A stretch of DNA of 64,000 bases from Bacteroidota bacterium (GTDB lineage: Bacteria; Bacteroidota; Ignavibacteria; SZUA-365), in NCBI GenBank assembly GCA_003246455.1, contig QKAF01000009.1:85395-149394 (forward strand). Direction: 5' to 3'. Shown piece after piece: positions 47,852-60,100 of the stretch. Below the pieces are notes generated by a model that saw nothing but the letters and a program-made list of their open reading frames with translations, was not told the DNA's origin and did no database searches. The first letter of the stretch is position 1, and the number at the start of each line of letters is the position of its first letter. Both the position numbers and the translations under genes were made by a program.

Positions 47852-50800
47852 CTATGCATGCACTTCGCCGGTCATCTCCTCGTCTTCCTTTTCCTTCTTG
47901 AACACCACCCCTGAACCGCTCTGCCCGTCGACGAGGATCTCGAGACGGTGCGGCGCGCGAACATGACGCACGTACGCGGTTTCGCCGACGATCTCGAGCG
48001 AATCGAGCCACGCCCAGTCGATGGTGTCCTCCGCCTTGTAGTGACGGGTGGTGAAATACGCGATGTGGAAAGAGGTGAGGTTCTGGAAAAAATGCGACCC
48101 CTGCGACGGATCCGGGAGCATATTCGGAAGCGACGTTTCGACGATGGCATGCGCCCCGGAAATCCCCGGGAAGCGGACCGGGATGCCCAGCCAGGGATCG
48201 GCGGAACCCCAGCGCCCCGGACCGATAAGCAGATAGGGACGCTGCTCCTCGACGAGACGCTTGTTGATTTCCGCGATCTCATTGGCCATTTCCTTCGTGC
48301 GCGCATTTTCGAAACTGTCGGGCTTCACGTAGACGATATCCCGCAGCCGGTAAATGCCGTTACCGAGCACGTTCTCGCTCTTCAGCAGCAGTTCCTCACG
48401 CCGGAGGTTTGCGAAGTCGATCTCGACGGTGCCCTCTTCCTTGACCATCGGACGCACCTGGAGGAAATCGAATTCGCTGATATCGTCGAAGTGCCGGCCG
48501 AGCACGCCCGCAAATTCGATTTCCACCGGACAGTTCATCGCCGTTTCGCAGAGTTCCATGAGCAGCCGCAGCACCTTCGCCAGCGGAATATATTCCGACT
48601 GCAGGATCGGCGCGAAATTCACGACGCGGAGTCCTTTCCGGAACGTGCCCTCGTATAGCGAATCGTCCTCTGTGCAGAACGTCGACGCGAGATAGTCGAT
48701 CGTGCCGTACTCCTCGGCGACTTTCATGTCGAGGAAATCCAGGTTTTCGTCCTCGCTCGGATCCTCTTCGAGCGGATGCGACTCGAGGTTCACGGCGAAG
48801 AACTTCTTCTGCGAATTGGTGTAATAGTCCTTCCGCGTGGCGAACTGCGGCATGATCGTCGGATACTGGGGGCAGAACTGCGCGCTGACCCCGCCGTCGA
48901 CGATGGTCTTGCCCAGCCCCACGGCGAGATTCACGATGCCGTCGGCCTGCCGGGCGTCGCCGAACGGGTAGTAGTTGAACGAGCGCGCGACCCCGGAGTA
49001 ATGCGGATAATAATGGTGCTTGTAGCGGCGGCCCGACATCTCCTGGATGATCACCGCCATCTGCTCTTCCTCGAGTCGATGGCCAGTGGCCTCGATGTAG
49101 TTTTTCGCGCCGCGGAGATAGGTCGACGCGTACACGTACTTGATCGCCTGTTCAAGCTCCTGGAATCGCGCGTACGGATCGGGATTGCTGTTCGGAAGCA
49201 TGACCGTGGCATAGATCCCGGCGAACGGCTGATACAGCGTATCCTCGAGAAGACTCGAAGACCGGATCGCGAGCGGATGCTGATTGCGCAGCACGACCGC
49301 GCGCAGATCCTCTTCGATCGTGTTCGGGAAACGGGCGTGCATGAAAAGGCTGACGATTTCCTCGTCGGGGATGTTCTGAATCACCTGCGGAAGCAGGTTG
49401 TTCAGCTCCATGAACTGCACGAAGACCTCGGTACAGAGGATGATGCTCCGAGGAATCTTGATGCGGACATTCGGGAAATACGACGGATGCAGGTAATTCT
49501 TCAGGATGTTGTCGATGAACGCCAGGCCGCGGGCCTTTCCGCCGAGGGACCCCCGGCCGATGCGCAGGAACGTGGCGCGGGAATCGAATTCCTCGTGCGA
49601 GAAATCCGCGATCAGCCCGCGCTCGTCATAGATCACGAGTTCGTCGATTTTCCGGATGATATACCGGCGCAGCGACTCGATGGTCTTGAATTCGGTGATC
49701 TTCACCGGCTTGATTTCCTGCGCCAGCCGGAAACGGGTGCGCGCCAGCAGCCAGTTGCTGAAATGATCCCGCGACGCATGGAAGAGCAGCGAATCGTCGG
49801 GAATCGTATGCAGCCGCTGGCGCAGCTGCCGGATCGTCCGCGCACGGTCGACCTCGGTTCCGTCCGGCATACGGAAGATGAACTCCCCGAAGCCGAAATT
49901 CGTGAGCATGAATTCGCGGACCTCCTGCAGCAGCGTGCGGGAATTCTTGTTCGCGAACGCGGCATCCAGCGCGTCGACCTCGTCGCGAAGATCCTCGCGC
50001 GAGGACTGCACGAGAACGGGGAGCTCCGGACTGTGTTCGCGCACCCGCCGGATGTACTTGAGTCCTGCGAATTCGTCTTCGATATCGTTGATCGGGAACT
50101 TCAGGTCGGTGATGATGCCCAGGAGTTCGTTTCGGTACTTGTGGTAGTAGCGCCATGCCTGCTCGAAATTGGTCGCGTGCAGGATCTTGGGCCGCGCGCG
50201 CTGCCGCAGGAGCTTCTCGGCGAAATTCTTGCCCTCCTCGATCAGCATCTGCCCCTGCTTGATCAGTTCGGTGTAGATCAGCGGCAGGAACGACGAGTAG
50301 AACTGCGGCGAATCCTCGACGAGAATGATGGCGCGAACCCCGAAATCCTTGCAGTCGATGCGCGCATTGGCCAGATCCTCGAGCTGCTTGATAATGGCGA
50401 GAAACAGTTTGCGGTCGCCCGACCAGACGAAGACCCGATCGAACAGATTCAGCGCGCCCTGGTTCATCAGCACCTGCAGTTCCCGGCTCTGGTAGCCGAG
50501 CAGCGCCACGGGCACGTCGGCATGCGCTTCCTTGACCGCCTGACAGAAATCCTGCAGGCGCATGTCGCCGAGGCGCATCATGGTGATGACCAGGTCGAAG
50601 CGGCTCTCATCCATCGCCGCGAGCGCGGCCTCTCCCGAGTAGACCCGCGTGATCGACGGGGCGTAATGCAGATTCAGTTCGAGGTACTCGCTGAAAATCG
50701 CCTCGGTGAGCTGCCCGTCGTCGACCAGGGTATAGAAGTCGTAGCGGCTCGATACGAGCAGGATGTTGTTGACGCGGAAGCGCATCAGATCCTTGAAATC

Positions 50801-50890
50801 CAGGTCGTGCGGACTGATATCCTTGTCGGAAAACCCGAAATCCAGAATGAGGTCGCGCAGCTCGTCGCGCTTGATCCTTTTGCGTTTCAT
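47852..50890 (-). CDS. Multidomain protein: N-terminal pseudo-receiver plus receiver-like (CheY-fold) domains fused to a PEP/pyruvate-binding ATP-grasp nucleotide-binding domain (PPDK_N-like) and a conserved C-terminal module – copy 1 (1012 aa)
   Basis: Minus-strand ATG at 50890 (MKRKRIKRDEL…). Receiver-like segments (…RFRVNNILLVSS…FDLVITMMRLGDM… and …RAIILVEDSP…LGIITDLKFP…PVLVQSS…). PPDK_N hallmark …FLRIGRGSLGGKARGLAFI… and …LAIRSSSLLED…. C-terminal …LLIGPGRWGSADPWLGIPV…SQGSHFFQNLTSFHIAYF…. Confidence 0.8.
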   Translation of the reverse strand: MKRKRIKRDELRDLILDFGFSDKDISPHDLDFKDLMRFRVNNILLVSSRYDFYTLVDDGQLTEAIFSEYLELNLHYAPSITRVYSGEAALAAMDESRFDLVITMMRLGDMRLQDFCQAVKEAHADVPVALLGYQSRELQVLMNQGALNLFDRVFVWSGDRKLFLAIIKQLEDLANARIDCKDFGVRAIILVEDSPQFYSSFLPLIYTELIKQGQMLIEEGKNFAEKLLRQRARPKILHATNFEQAWRYYHKYRNELLGIITDLKFPINDIEDEFAGLKYIRRVREHSPELPVLVQSSREDLRDEVDALDAAFANKNSRTLLQEVREFMLTNFGFGEFIFRMPDGTEVDRARTIRQLRQRLHTIPDDSLLFHASRDHFSNWLLARTRFRLAQEIKPVKITEFKTIESLRRYIIRKIDELVIYDERGLIADFSHEEFDSRATFLRIGRGSLGGKARGLAFIDNILKNYLHPSYFPNVRIKIPRSIILCTEVFVQFMELNNLLPQVIQNIPDEEIVSLFMHARFPNTIEEDLRAVVLRNQHPLAIRSSSLLEDTLYQPFAGIYATVMLPNSNPDPYARFQELEQAIKYVYASTYLRGAKNYIEATGHRLEEEQMAVIIQEMSGRRYKHHYYPHYSGVARSFNYYPFGDARQADGIVNLAVGLGKTIVDGGVSAQFCPQYPTIMPQFATRKDYYTNSQKKFFAVNLESHPLEEDPSEDENLDFLDMKVAEEYGTIDYLASTFCTEDDSLYEGTFRKGLRVVNFAPILQSEYIPLAKVLRLLMELCETAMNCPVEIEFAGVLGRHFDDISEFDFLQVRPMVKEEGTVEIDFANLRREELLLKSENVLGNGIYRLRDIVYVKPDSFENARTKEMANEIAEINKRLVEEQRPYLLIGPGRWGSADPWLGIPVRFPGISGAHAIVETSLPNMLPDPSQGSHFFQNLTSFHIAYFTTRHYKAEDTIDWAWLDSLEIVGETAYVRHVRAPHRLEILVDGQSGSGVVFKKEKEDEEMTGEVHA

Positions 50891-51025
50891 GCATACTCCC
50901 GTTTTGGGGTCAGAACCTATGAATCAATCTACGGATGGAGGCAGCGGAGCGCAAGCTGGGCGCGGAAAAGTTTTTTCCTGACGGGATTTTCCGCATTTTC
51001 GTATTACAGTGATTCGGATTTACTT

Positions 51026-51066
51026 GTAGGGTATTCCCTACATAACTCATGGCGCATTCCCTACAT
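51026..51066. promoter_or_regulatory. Palindrome GTAGGGTATTCCCTAC plus a direct repeat of ATTCCCTACAT in the divergent intergenic region between the receiver–PEP-binding gene (copy 1) and gdhA copy 2
   Basis: Palindrome at 51026-51041. ATTCCCTACAT at 51033-51043 and again at 51056-51066, inside a 388-bp non-coding region that is AT-rich compared with the rest of the window. Confidence 0.3.
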
Positions 51067-51197
51067 CTTGAGATATGGAATGATTGTACTTTTGAGTCAC
51101 GTAATTTCAAATTCATGGGTCTTAAACCCTTTTTCTCGAGCCTGAAAGCGGAACCGGATATCGTCTTCTCCAGTATTGACTGCTATACACTTCATAA

Positions 51198-52622
<1,425 letters not shown>

Positions 52623-52645
52623 TCCCATTCCACCCTCTTCCTTGC

Positions 52646-52684
52646 AAAACGCCCCGCCGCTTCTGCGACGGGGCGTTTTCATTC
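52646..52684. terminator. Bidirectional terminator between convergent gdhA copy 2 and the second receiver–PEP-binding gene
   Basis: AAAACGCCCCGCCGC-ttct-GCGACGGGGCGTTTT followed by CATTCTTT. Confidence 0.65.
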
Positions 52685-52709
52685 TTTCCGATCCTTCCGC
52701 GGCGCGCTT

Positions 52710-55700
52710 CTATGACCCGTTTCGCAGCGTCTGCTTCAGCACCGCCCCGTTGCCGGTGTGGCCGTCCACCAGGATGGTGATATCCTCCGGCGGACGCACG
52801 TGGCGCGTGTGACGCGTCTCCTCGATACAGTCGAGACTGTCGAGCCAGCTCCAGTCGATAGCGTGTTCCTCGTTGTAGTGACGGAGCGTGAAGTACGCGA
52901 TGCGGAAGGACGTGAGGTTCTGAAAGAAGTGCGACCCCTGTGAAGGATCGATGATCATGTTCGGCAGCGTGGTTTCCACGATGGCGCGCGCGGCGGAAAT
53001 GTCGGAGAAAACCACCGGGATGCCCAGCGACGGATCGCTGCTCCCCCAGCGTCCGGGACCGATCAGCAGGTACGACCGGCGCTCGTGCAGCAGGGAGTGG
53101 TTGATCGCACTGATCTCCCCGACCATCTCCCGCGTTTTCATCGCGTCGAACGTGTCCGGCTTGACGTATACGATGTCACGGACTCGCGAAATCCCGTTCC
53201 CGAGCGCCTTCTCGCAGCGGAACAGGAGCTGCTCGCCGGGCAGCGCCTCGATATCGAGATTCGCCCCGGACTCCTGCTTCACCATCGGTCGAAGCTGGAG
53301 AAAACTGAACTCGGCCGGGAGCGGCGTTCCGCTGCCGAGCCGCACCGCGAATTCAATCTCGACCGGCGCGTTCACAGCGGTCTCGCACATGTTGACGAGC
53401 AGCTTGATCACCTGGTTCAGCGGGATGATCTCCGATTTGAGTATGGGAGCGAAAGTCAGGATGCGCGGACCGCTTCGGCTCATTCCCTCGTACAGCCGGT
53501 CATCCTGTCCGGAATACGTGCTGGCCACATGCGTCAGCGTCCCGTGCGCTTCCGCGTCCTTGAGTTCCAGTTCCGCCAGGTTCTGGTCCTCCCGCGGGTA
53601 TTTCCGGATGATATCCGACTGCAGGTCGAGCGCGAAAAACTTCAGCTGGGAATTGTGAAACAGATCCCGTGTCGTGCCGAACTGGGGATACACCGTCGGG
53701 TACGCGGGCGAGAACTGCAGGCTGGTCCCGCCGTCCACGATCGTCTTTCCGAGTCCCAGCGCGAGATTGACGACACCGTCCTTCTGCGTCGCCTTCCCGA
53801 AGGGATAGTAATTGAAAGACCGGGCGACGCCGGAAACGCGCGGATAGAAATACCGTCCGTGCCGCGTTCCCACCATCTCCTGGATGATCACCGCCATCTT
53901 TTCTTCTTCGATGCGGTTCGAAGTCGCCTCGATATAGTTCTTCGCCTGGCGGAAGTACGTGGAGGCGAACACGTACTTGATCGCCTGCAGGAGATTGTGG
54001 AAGCGTACCGAGATGTCCGGACTGCTGTTCGGTATCATGATCGTGGCGTAGATCCCCGCGAACGGCTGGTACATCGCATCCTCCAGCAGCGAGGAGGAGC
54101 GTATCGCCAGCGGGAAACGGGCCTTGTCGAGGATCGCGCGCAGATCGCCCAGGATCGTCGGCGGAAGGTCCGCGTGGAGGAAGGCCCGGAGGATTTCCTG
54201 GTCGGAAACGTTCTGCACAGCGACGGAAAGCAGGTCGTTCTGCTCGACGAATTCCGCGAACACATCCGTTCCGAGCACGATGGTGCGCGGAATGGAGATG
54301 CGCATGTTGGGGAAATAATCGGGTTCGAGATATTTCCGGAGCAGATTGTCCGTGAAGGCGAGACCGCGGCCCTTCCCGCCAAGCGACCCGGAACCGATGC
54401 GAAGGAAAGTGTCTTCCGCGTCATATTCGCCGCGGGCGAAATCCGAGATCACCCCTTTCTGATCCTGCACGAGCTGTTCGTTGATCGCCATGATCAGGTA
54501 CGCCCGCAATTCGTCGATGGAGGGGAACTGGGTGACCTTCACCGGCTTCAGGCGGTTCGACAGTTCGAAGCGCGTTCGCGCCTTAAGCCAGTTGCTGAAG
54601 TGATCGCGCGATGCGTGGAACTCGAGGCAGGCGTCGGGGACGAGGTGGAGACGTTCGCGCAGTTCGCGCAGGTTTCGCGCCCGCGTGACCTCGCTGCCGT
54701 CGGGCATGCGGAAGATGAAATCTCCGAAGCCGAAGTTGTCCTTCATGAAATCGCTCAGCGACTGCAGCAGCATACGCGAGTTCTTGTCGACGAAAGACAT
54801 TCCCTCGCGCTCGATTTCGAGACGCAGTTCGGTGTTGGAAGACTGCACGAGGATCGGGAGTTCGGGATTGTCCGCGCGTACGAGACGGGCCAGTTTGAGT
54901 CCCGCCGGTTCCTCGTCGTTCCCCGCTCCGGGGAATGTCATGTCGGCGATGATGCCGAGCATGGTTCTCCGGTATTTCTCATAGAACGCGACGGCTTCCT
55001 CGAAGGAGCGCGCGAGAAAGATTTTCGGACGGGCCCGCTGCCGAAGCAGCTTGTCCGCGAAGTTCTTCCCTTCCTCGATCAGGTCCTGCACCTGCTGGAT
55101 CAGGTCGGCATACATGAGCGGGAGATACGAGGAATAAAACCACGGCGAATCCTCCACGAGAAGAATCGTGCGCACTCCGAATTCCAGGCAGTCGACGGGC
55201 GCGTTGCGCAGATCCTCGAACAGCTTGATCAGCGCGAGGAACAGCTTCCGGTCGCCCGACCAGACGAATACGTTGTCGAAACAGGTCGTATCGATCGTCT
55301 TGAGGAACATTTCGAATTCGGCGGAGGGAAACGAGAGCAGCACCATCGGAATTTCAGGATGCTGCCGCTTAACCGAAGTGCAGAACGATGCGAGATCCAT
55401 GTCCCCGAGACGCAGCATCGAGATGACGAGGTCGAAATCCTGCGACTCGAGCAGACGCAGGGCCGCTTCACCCGAATTCACCCGGACGATATGCGGCGCA
55501 TAGTGCAGGTTCAGTTCGGTGTACTCGTTGAAAATGGCCTCGGTCAGCTGGCCGTCCTCCACGAGGGTGTAATAGTCGTACAGGCTGGAGACAAGCAGGA
55601 TGTTGTTGATGCGGAAACGCATCAGATCGCGAAAATCGAGCTGCCGCGTGCGCGGAACAGCGTCACCGACCACGTGGAGTCTGATCAGGTCGGTGACTTC

Positions 55701-55727
55701 GTCAATATTTGTGGACCATGACTTCAT
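52710..55727 (-). CDS. Receiver–PEP/pyruvate-binding (PPDK_N-like) multidomain protein – copy 2 (1005 aa), paralog of 47852-50890
   Basis: Minus-strand ATG at 55727 follows AAGAGGA. Same architecture as copy 1 and roughly two-thirds identical to it: …RFRINNILLVSSLYDYY…, …RTILLVEDSP…LGIIADMTFP…, …FLRIGSGSLGGKGRGLAF…, …LIGPGRWGSSDPSLGIPV…SQGSHFFQNLTSFRIAYF… It sits 28 bp downstream of the third dehydrogenase gene on the same strand, suggesting co-transcription. Confidence 0.8.
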   Translation of the reverse strand: MKSWSTNIDEVTDLIRLHVVGDAVPRTRQLDFRDLMRFRINNILLVSSLYDYYTLVEDGQLTEAIFNEYTELNLHYAPHIVRVNSGEAALRLLESQDFDLVISMLRLGDMDLASFCTSVKRQHPEIPMVLLSFPSAEFEMFLKTIDTTCFDNVFVWSGDRKLFLALIKLFEDLRNAPVDCLEFGVRTILLVEDSPWFYSSYLPLMYADLIQQVQDLIEEGKNFADKLLRQRARPKIFLARSFEEAVAFYEKYRRTMLGIIADMTFPGAGNDEEPAGLKLARLVRADNPELPILVQSSNTELRLEIEREGMSFVDKNSRMLLQSLSDFMKDNFGFGDFIFRMPDGSEVTRARNLRELRERLHLVPDACLEFHASRDHFSNWLKARTRFELSNRLKPVKVTQFPSIDELRAYLIMAINEQLVQDQKGVISDFARGEYDAEDTFLRIGSGSLGGKGRGLAFTDNLLRKYLEPDYFPNMRISIPRTIVLGTDVFAEFVEQNDLLSVAVQNVSDQEILRAFLHADLPPTILGDLRAILDKARFPLAIRSSSLLEDAMYQPFAGIYATIMIPNSSPDISVRFHNLLQAIKYVFASTYFRQAKNYIEATSNRIEEEKMAVIIQEMVGTRHGRYFYPRVSGVARSFNYYPFGKATQKDGVVNLALGLGKTIVDGGTSLQFSPAYPTVYPQFGTTRDLFHNSQLKFFALDLQSDIIRKYPREDQNLAELELKDAEAHGTLTHVASTYSGQDDRLYEGMSRSGPRILTFAPILKSEIIPLNQVIKLLVNMCETAVNAPVEIEFAVRLGSGTPLPAEFSFLQLRPMVKQESGANLDIEALPGEQLLFRCEKALGNGISRVRDIVYVKPDTFDAMKTREMVGEISAINHSLLHERRSYLLIGPGRWGSSDPSLGIPVVFSDISAARAIVETTLPNMIIDPSQGSHFFQNLTSFRIAYFTLRHYNEEHAIDWSWLDSLDCIEETRHTRHVRPPEDITILVDGHTGNGAVLKQTLRNGS

Positions 55728-55755
55728 GGATCATCCTCTTCCGCCGGTCGGCTGC

Positions 55756-57042
55756 TCAAACCCAGCCGCGCATCTTGCAGGCTTCCGCGACGCGCGCGAT
55801 CGCGATCATATAGGCCGCGTCCCGCATCGGGATGTTCCGGCGATGCGCCATCTGCGAAACGGCAAAGTATGCATCGGTCATCTTGGTGTCGAGCTTCGCG
55901 ATCACTTCGTCGCGCGTCCAGTAGTAGTTCATGTTGCTCTGCACCTGCTCGAAGTAACTGCAGGTGACGCCGCCGGCGTTTGCAAGGAAGTCCGGGATGA
56001 GCCATATGCCTTTCTCCCGTATGACCGCGTCCGCCGCGGGAGTGGTCGGACCGTTGGCGCCCTCCGCGACGATGCGGACACCGTTCTTCATTCCCTTGAC
56101 CGTGTCGCGGTTCACCTGGTTCTCCATCGCCGCAGGGATGAGGACATCCACTTCCTGCTCGATCCAGGCGTCGCCCGGGAGCACTTCGTACCCGGCATCC
56201 GCGGCCTTGTCGCGGCTGATCTCTCCGTAGGAGTTCGTCATCGCGCGCAGCTGCCTGAGGTCCACGCCGTCTTTTTTTCTCACCGTGAAGGCCGCCTGTG
56301 CTTTCTGATCCCAGCTGGCGACGCTGATCACCTTTCCGCCGTAGGAGTGGAAGAGATCGATGGCGTGCTGTCCGACGTTGCCGAATCCCTGCACCGATGC
56401 GGTACTGTCTTCGATTCGCAGATTCATTTCCGCGAGCGCTTCGCGCACTGCGTAAATCACGCCGTAGCCGGTCGACTCGGTGCGGCCGAGCGACCCGCCC
56501 AGCCCGATGGGCTTGCCCGTGATGAATCCGGGGGCATGTTTCCCCGTGAGCGTCTCGTATTCATCCAGCATCCAGAGCATGTGCTGCGCGGATGTCATCA
56601 CGTCGGGTGCGGGCACGTCGCGGTCGGGTCCGACGCTTTCGACGATATTGCGCACCCAGCCGCGACAGAGTGCCTCCTGCTCTCGCAGCGAAAGGTTGTG
56701 CGGATCGCAGATGACGCCCCCTTTCCCGCCGCCGAGCGGAATGTCGACGACCGCCGTCTTCCAGGTCATCCACATCGAGAGCGCCCGCACGGTGTCGACG
56801 GTCTCCTGCGGATGGAAGCGCACTCCGCCTTTACAGGCGCCGCGCGCGTCATTGTGCTGGATGCGGAATCCGCGGAACACCTGGTAGCTTCCGTCGTCCA
56901 TGCGGATCGGGATGTTGAAGTGAAATTCCTTTGCCGGCGTGCGCAGCAGCGCACGGGTCGCTTCGTCAAGTCCGAGCTGTTCCGCAATCGTATCGAACTG
57001 CTGCTGCGCCATACGGAACGGGTTGAATGCTTCGCCACTCAT
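55756..57042 (-). CDS. Glu/Leu/Phe/Val dehydrogenase family protein, short (~428 aa) GDH type, probably NAD(P)-glutamate dehydrogenase – third GDH-family gene
   Basis: ATG at 57042 follows AGGAGA. MSGEAFNPFRMAQQQFD… with …GACKGGVRFHP…DIPLGGGKGGV…GPDRDVPAPDV… The 5' part of the six-frame ORF (57043-57168) is not supported. Confidence 0.9.
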   Translation of the reverse strand: MSGEAFNPFRMAQQQFDTIAEQLGLDEATRALLRTPAKEFHFNIPIRMDDGSYQVFRGFRIQHNDARGACKGGVRFHPQETVDTVRALSMWMTWKTAVVDIPLGGGKGGVICDPHNLSLREQEALCRGWVRNIVESVGPDRDVPAPDVMTSAQHMLWMLDEYETLTGKHAPGFITGKPIGLGGSLGRTESTGYGVIYAVREALAEMNLRIEDSTASVQGFGNVGQHAIDLFHSYGGKVISVASWDQKAQAAFTVRKKDGVDLRQLRAMTNSYGEISRDKAADAGYEVLPGDAWIEQEVDVLIPAAMENQVNRDTVKGMKNGVRIVAEGANGPTTPAADAVIREKGIWLIPDFLANAGGVTCSYFEQVQSNMNYYWTRDEVIAKLDTKMTDAYFAVSQMAHRRNIPMRDAAYMIAIARVAEACKMRGWV

Positions 57043-57187
57043 GCCTTGTCTCCTGGACGGTACGAAATCGGGTGGAACGGCCGCGCTCCGCAGCCCGCGA
57101 AGATGCGTCCTGAGCAGGCAAGGTATCATTTTTCCCCGGAATTTCCCTATTTTCATCCTGATCTCCACTGTTCACGGGCAGGATGCG

Positions 57188-60100
57188 ATGAACATGAACA
57201 AGAAGGAAAAATCCCTCGGCGACCTGCTGTATGCCCTCGGAGAGCGCGCCAAGGAACTGAACTGCCTCTATCATGTCGAGGAAGTTCTCTCGCGGAACGA
57301 TGCGGCGCAGGAAGAGGTGCTCAATGGAATCATCGCGGCCATCCCGCCGGGATGGCAGTTTCCGGACATCTGCCGCGTCCGAATCCGCCTCGGGAATAAA
57401 TCCTTCACCTCCCCGGAATTCCAGCCCACACAATGGAAGCTCGTTTCCTCCATCGTCGTTCAGGACAAGGTGGAGGGCAGCATCGAAGTCTACTACGCGC
57501 GCGAAGTCGGCACCGCGGACGAGGGGCCCTTCCTGCATGAAGAGCGGAAGCTGATCAACACCATCGCAGAGCGCATCGGACACTATCTCCTCCATCAGCA
57601 GCTCAGGCATGTCTTCAACGAATGGCAGACACTCAAGGAGCAGCTCGCCGAGAACAAGCGGCCGGAGTGGAAAGTCATCCTGGAAATGCTGCGCCGCACC
57701 GATCAGAACCTCTACACGCGCATTTCACGGAAGATGCTGAACCGCCTCTGCTGGTCGGGCATCAAAACCGCCTGCGAATTGATGCAGCGTTTCGGCACGC
57801 GCAACGGGGACAGCCAGGACGTCTTCGGCGAAAGCAACCGTCCCCGGCAGCGCGAGGAGCTCTACAACTTCATGTCGTCGAGCGATGAAATCTTCCAGAT
57901 AGCGGCCGAACATCTCAGCGACGAAGAAATCCTGTCACTGATCCAGAAGTGGATCAAGGACGACAAGGCGTCCTTCCTTGTCAACACGGTCGAGAATCTC
58001 GACACCTCTCTCTCCGAGATCGTCGACGCCATCGGCCGTTTCTACCATATTTTTCCTGAAGGAATTGAACTCTCGCCGTCAACCGAAAAGGGCCTGCGGG
58101 TCTCGCTGATCCGGCGATTCTTCACCGAACAGCTTCCGTACATCAATGTCGCGAAGCAGTACCTCGAGGTGCGCGATTTCGCGGAGCTCGTACGCCGCAT
58201 CATCTTCCATCAGAAAAGCCACGGGAAACTTGGGGGGAAAAGCTCGGGGCTGTTCCTCGCGGGACAGATCCTCATGAAGGAAGGCGGGGAAAGCGGCCGC
58301 TTCCCGAACGTCCGCATTCCGAAGACCTGGTACATCACATCAGACGGCATCCTGAATTTCATCCATTACAATAACCTGGAAGAGGTCTTCAACCAGAAGT
58401 ATCTCGACATCGAGCAGGTGCGCGAGGAATACCCGTCGATCATCCAGGTGTTCAAGAACTCCTATTTCTCCCCGGAATTCATCAAGGGGCTGACGATGGC
58501 GCTGGACGATTTCGGCGACATCCCCCTGATCGTCCGCAGTTCCTCGCTGCTCGAAGACAGCATGAACGCCGCGTTCTCCGGGAAATACAAAAGCCTCTTT
58601 CTCGCGAATACCGGGACGAAAGCCGAGCGGATGGCCGCGCTGCTCGATGCCATCGCGGAAGTGTATGCTTCGACTTTCGGTCCCGATCCCATCGAGTACC
58701 GCGCCGAACGCGGGCTGCTCGATTTCCACGAAGAGATGGGCATCATGATCCAGGAGGTCGTCGGCACGCGCATCGGCCGGTATCTCATGCCGGTATGGTC
58801 GGGCGTCGCGTTCAGTCACAACGAATTCCGCTGGTCGCCGCGCATCAAACGGGAAGACGGCCTGATCCGGCTCGTGCCGGGACTCGGGACGCGCGCGGTG
58901 GATCGCGTGGGAGACGATTATCCCGTGCTCATCGCACCGGGACAGCCGTCGCTCCGCGTGAACATAACACCGGATGAGATTGTCCGTTATTCTCCCAAGA
59001 AAATCGACGTCATCAATCTCGAGAGCAGCAGCTTCGAGACCGTCGATATTCTCGACCTGCTGCGTGAAACCGGACATTCCTACCCGGGCATCAACACCAT
59101 CGTCTCGCAGTATGACGGCGACACCATCCGTCAGCCGTTCGGCTTCGACCTCGATTTCGAAAAGAGCGTGTATGCGGTGACGTTCAACGGACTGATCGCC
59201 AGCACGCGCTTTCTCAAGAATATCCGGGAAATGCTGCTGCTGCTGCAGGAACGCCTCCAGACGCCCGTGGACATCGAATTCGCGTCCGACGGCAGGGACC
59301 TGTACCTCCTGCAGTGCCGGCCGCAGAGTTTCACCCGTCACAATATTCCGGCACCGATCCCGCAGGACATTCCGCGCGAACGGAAGCTGTTCACGGCGCA
59401 GCGCTACATATCGAACGGACACGTGCCCGACATCACGCATATCGTCTACGTCCATCCCGACAGGTACGCCGCCCTGCCCGACCGACAGGCGCTGCTGTCC
59501 GTCGGACGCTGCGTCGGGCGCCTGAACAAGGTTCTGCCCAAGCGCCAGTTCACCCTGATGGGTCCCGGCCGCTGGGGCAGCCGCGGCGACATCAAGCTGG
59601 GGGTGAACGTGACCTACTCCGATATCAACAACACCGCCCTGCTTGTCGAAATTGCGCACGACCTCGGCGGCTACCTCCCCGACCTCTCTTTCGGCACGCA
59701 CTTCTTCCAGGATCTCGTCGAGTCGTCGATCCGCTATCTGCCGCTGTATCCCGACGAGGCGGATGTCCATTTCAACGAAGCCTTCCTGACGCGCAGCAAA
59801 AACATTCTGGCGGACATCCTCCCCGATTACGCGTTTCTGTCCGACACGGTGTTCGTCATCGACGTCAGTGCGAGCAGCGGCGGGAAAATTCTCCGCGTGC
59901 TGATGAATGCGGAAATCGAACAGGCGGTGGGCTATCTCGAGGACCCGGTCAACGTTCAGCCGGAACCGCAGGACTTTCCCGCACCCGTGCAGCGCACCGT
60001 CGAGGATCACTGGGAATGGCGGCTGCGCATGGCCGAACGGCTCGCCAACGATCTCCATCCGGAGGACTTCGGCATCAAGGGACTGTATATCTTCGGGAGC

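Noticed and set aside
47852-50890. Reading the PPDK_N-domain proteins as full PEP synthase or pyruvate-phosphate dikinase
   Set aside because: The characteristic phospho-His swivel motif (GGxTSHAAI(V/I)ARE) and the C-terminal PEP-binding TIM-barrel are not recognisable. The one His that looked plausible (GISGAHAIVETS in copy 1) is Arg in copy 2 and absent in the third protein.
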